DNA of 64,000 nucleotides from an uncultured Micavibrio sp. (GTDB lineage Bacteria; Pseudomonadota; Alphaproteobacteria; Micavibrionales; UBA2020): NCBI GenBank assembly GCA_964575605.1, contig CAZNRN010000019.1, positions 7,317 to 71,316 of the forward strand, read 5' to 3'. Shown piece by piece: positions 61,376 to 64,000 of this stretch (position 1 is its first letter; each line of letters starts with the position of its first letter). The notes under the pieces were generated by a model. It saw only the letters and a program-made list of their open reading frames with translations, ran no database searches and was not told where the DNA came from. The position numbers and the translations under genes were made by a program.

Positions 61376-62884
61376 ATGACAGCCGACCCCGTAAAATTTT
61401 CCGACATCGCGAAATCCCGCGCCAATGACGCGGAATTCCGCGTTATGCCGCATAACGAGGAAGTGGAGCAGGCGCTCCTGGGCGCGCTGCTGGTCAACAA
61501 CAAGTCGCTGGAAAAAGTATCCGAATTCCTGCGCGCCGAGCATTTCTACAACCCCGTGCACGGCCGCATCTTCGCCGCCGTCTCGACCTTTATCGAGCGC
61601 GGGCAGGACGCCAGCCCCATTACGCTGAAAAGCTACTTCGAAAAAGACCAGGACCTCAGCCACGTCGGCGGCGGGCAATACCTTGCCGACCTCGCGATGC
61701 ACGTCGTCTCGGTCGTCAACGTAGAGGATTACGGCCGCACCATTTACGAACTTCACCTGCGCCGCGCGCTGATCTCGCTGGGCGAGGACACGGTGAACGA
61801 GGCCTACGACCACAACATCGACCTGACGGCCGCGCAACAAATTGAAAGCGCCGAAAAACGCCTCTTCGACCTCGCGACCGCGGGCGATTACAAAAGCGGC
61901 CCTGTCGCCTTTTCCGTCGCGCTGACCAAGGCCATCCAGCAGGCGCAGCTTGCCTATGCGCGCGAAGGCCTTATCACGGGTGTCACCACCGGCCTGATCG
62001 ACATCGACAAAAAACTGGGCGGCTTGCAAAAATCCGACCTGCTCATCCTTGCCGGACGTCCCTCGATGGGTAAAACGGCGCTGGCCACCAACATGGCCTT
62101 CCGCGCCGCGCAGGCATGGCTGGAATCGGGAGGCAAGGAAGGCTCCGGCGTCCTCTTCTTCTCTCTCGAGATGTCGGGCGAGCAGCTGGCCGCCCGTATC
62201 CTCGCCGACCTCACATCGGTTTCCTCGGACAAAATCCGCCGCGGCGAAGTGCGCGACACCGATTTCACGCGCTTTGTCGAGGCCAGCCAGCGCCTCGCGA
62301 CCGCGCCCTTGTACATCGACGACACAGCCGCGCTGACCATCGGCGCCATCCGCACGCGCGCGCGCAGGCTGAAACGCCAGAACCCCGCGCTCGGCCTTAT
62401 TGTCATCGACTATTTGCAGCTGATTCAAGGCTCCGGCCGCGCAGGGTCGGAGCAGAACCGGGTCCTCGAAATCTCCGAAATCACCCGCGGCCTCAAGGCG
62501 CTAGCGAAGGAACTCGACATCCCTGTGCTGGCGCTCTCGCAGCTCAGCCGTGCGGTCGAGGCGCGCGATAACAAGCGCCCGCAGCTGTCGGACTTGCGCG
62601 AATCCGGTTCTATTGAGCAGGACGCCGACGTCGTCATGTTCGTCTACCGCGACGAATACTACCTCGCCCGCGCCGAGCCCTCGAAAAAGCCCGAGGAAAG
62701 CGACGAGAAATTCAACCAGCGCTACCAGGACTGGCAGCGCACACTGGCCGATGCGCATAACGTCGCCGAATGCATCATCGCCAAGCAGCGTCACGGCCCC
62801 ATCGGCACGGTGAAGCTGAGCTTCGACGGCGAATTCACGCGCTTCGGCAACCTTGCGAATTACACCATTGAAAGCCACGAGTAA
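61376..62884 (+). CDS. dnaB: replicative DNA helicase
   Basis: PHNEEVEQALLGALLVNN..., Walker A GRPSMGKTALA, LSQLSRAVE, IAKQRHGP. Confidence 0.95.
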   Translation: MTADPVKFSDIAKSRANDAEFRVMPHNEEVEQALLGALLVNNKSLEKVSEFLRAEHFYNPVHGRIFAAVSTFIERGQDASPITLKSYFEKDQDLSHVGGGQYLADLAMHVVSVVNVEDYGRTIYELHLRRALISLGEDTVNEAYDHNIDLTAAQQIESAEKRLFDLATAGDYKSGPVAFSVALTKAIQQAQLAYAREGLITGVTTGLIDIDKKLGGLQKSDLLILAGRPSMGKTALATNMAFRAAQAWLESGGKEGSGVLFFSLEMSGEQLAARILADLTSVSSDKIRRGEVRDTDFTRFVEASQRLATAPLYIDDTAALTIGAIRTRARRLKRQNPALGLIVIDYLQLIQGSGRAGSEQNRVLEISEITRGLKALAKELDIPVLALSQLSRAVEARDNKRPQLSDLRESGSIEQDADVVMFVYRDEYYLARAEPSKKPEESDEKFNQRYQDWQRTLADAHNVAECIIAKQRHGPIGTVKLSFDGEFTRFGNLANYTIESHE

Positions 62885-63983
62885 TTATTCAGAGCCCCTC
62901 TCGACGCTCGAAATCCACCTTGACCGTGTGCAGGAAAACTACCTGACCCTGCGCAAACGCCTCGCCACCGGCGCCGATTGCGCCGCGGTGGTCAAGGCGG
63001 ATGCATATGGTTTAGGCGCGATGGAAGTGTCCCGCGCGCTTTACGAGCAGGAATGCCGCCATTTCTTCGTCGCGCATTTCGACGAAGGCGTCGTGGTGCG
63101 CAAAAGCCTGCCCAAGGACGCGACCATCTACGTGCTCAACGGCCCCTATGGCGCCACGGCGAAGGAATTCAGCGCGCTCGGCCTTGTGCCGGTGCTGAAC
63201 ACTCTGGGCGATATCGAATACTGGTTCGACCATTCGCGCCATATGCCGAAAAACCAGCCCGCTGTCATCCATATCGACACGGGCATGAACCGCCTCGGCC
63301 TCTCTTTGAAGGAAGCCTCCGAACTGGCCGAGCGCAGGGAGCTGCTGAAGCCCATCGACGTGCGCTATGTCATGAGCCATCTGGCCTGCGCGGACGAGCC
63401 CGCGCATGTGATGAACGCCGAACAGCTGGCGCTCTTCAAGAACCTCACCGCCGCCCTCGGCCTGCCGCTCCGCTACAGCCTTGCCAACTCGGGCGGCATC
63501 TTCCTGGGCGAGGCCTACCATTTTGACCTTGCGCGGCCGGGCTGCGCACTTTACGGAATAAACCCGACAGGGTTGCCCGAAAACCCCATGCGGGGGGTTA
63601 TCACCTTGAAATGCCGCATTTTACAGGCGCGTTCGATTGACATATCCACAACGGTCGGCTACGGTGCCGCGTATAAGGTCTCGCCACCTGCCAATTGCGT
63701 CACGATTTCAGTAGGATATGCTGACGGTTACCTGCGCAGCCACACAGGCCGCGGCGTGGTCTATATCGGCGGCGAAAAATGCCCCGTTATCGGCCGCGTG
63801 TCGATGGACAGCATCATCGTGGATACCACTGCGCTGAAAATCCAGCCGCAGGCGGGCGACTGGGCGGAAGTTGTGGGCGCGCACCAAGGCGTTGACGACC
63901 TCGCGGCGCAGGCGGGCACCATCGGCTACGAGATACTGACCAGCCTCGGAAAAAGGTACAGACGCGAATACACGGGTGGATAA
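62868..63983 (+). CDS. alr: alanine racemase
   Basis: PLP site AAVVKADAYGLG, plus IDTGMNRLG, HLACADE and SMDS blocks. Start is uncertain: TTG 62868 or the track's TTG 62853. Both overlap the dnaB 3' end. Confidence 0.85.
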   Translation: MKATSNYSEPLSTLEIHLDRVQENYLTLRKRLATGADCAAVVKADAYGLGAMEVSRALYEQECRHFFVAHFDEGVVVRKSLPKDATIYVLNGPYGATAKEFSALGLVPVLNTLGDIEYWFDHSRHMPKNQPAVIHIDTGMNRLGLSLKEASELAERRELLKPIDVRYVMSHLACADEPAHVMNAEQLALFKNLTAALGLPLRYSLANSGGIFLGEAYHFDLARPGCALYGINPTGLPENPMRGVITLKCRILQARSIDISTTVGYGAAYKVSPPANCVTISVGYADGYLRSHTGRGVVYIGGEKCPVIGRVSMDSIIVDTTALKIQPQAGDWAEVVGAHQGVDDLAAQAGTIGYEILTSLGKRYRREYTGG

Positions 63984-64000
63984 CGGATATGAGCATCGCA

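Noticed and set aside
1642-62428. Many long antisense ORFs: 1642..2937, 3333..4370, 23340..24902, 26636..27721, 30810..32198, 37248..38564, 42352..43977, 56405..57496 and 61295..62428
   Set aside because: Each lies opposite a gene with unambiguous family motifs and is rich in Arg, Gly, Ala and His, as expected for stop-free reverse frames in GC-rich DNA. No independent domain signal.
1-64000. Searched for tRNA, rRNA, CRISPR arrays, transposases, integrases and flanking att-like repeats around the accessory genes
   Set aside because: No T-loop (GGTTCGAnTCC)-bearing cloverleaf candidates in the intergenic regions, no regularly spaced direct repeats, and no recombinase-like ORFs. The accessory genes therefore cannot be called a mobile island from this window.

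Overview
GC-rich chromosomal segment (about 60% GC by eye, not computed) of an alphaproteobacterium. The lineage call rests on a DivL-type kinase with Tyr in the H-box, a short HprK inside a permease-less PTS operon, the NDUFA12-MlaD-DUF2155-aat cluster, ihfB-lapA, and RNase E with an acidic insertion and an Arg/Gly tail. I support about 70 CDS. I found no rRNA, tRNA, CRISPR array, transposase or integrase. Housekeeping blocks: argE, ubiH-like, ihfB-lapA, aat, mlaD, pyrF-accD-folC, hprK-rapZ-EIIA(Man)-ptsH-ptsI, ahcY, divL, rne, amiC, an L,D-transpeptidase, mltG-fabF-acpP ... fabG ... fabD, rpsF-rpsR-rplI, dnaB-alr. An unusually dense accessory layer sits between these blocks: six ankyrin-repeat genes (four of them in one translationally coupled operon), a PcfJ-like/Cys-LRR protein, a MORN-like repeat protein, three tandem paralog pairs of unknown function, and an intact NrdJ-like ORF in which I cannot find the catalytic motifs. 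The most interesting signal is a short basic Pro/Lys C-terminal tail (core P-[LIF]-x-L-K..P, or APPKKKP). It recurs on the ankyrin proteins and several unrelated accessory proteins, which suggests a common export or targeting signal for a host-directed effector set. All functional calls come from reading the translations by eye and recalling family motifs. No database search or computation was run.
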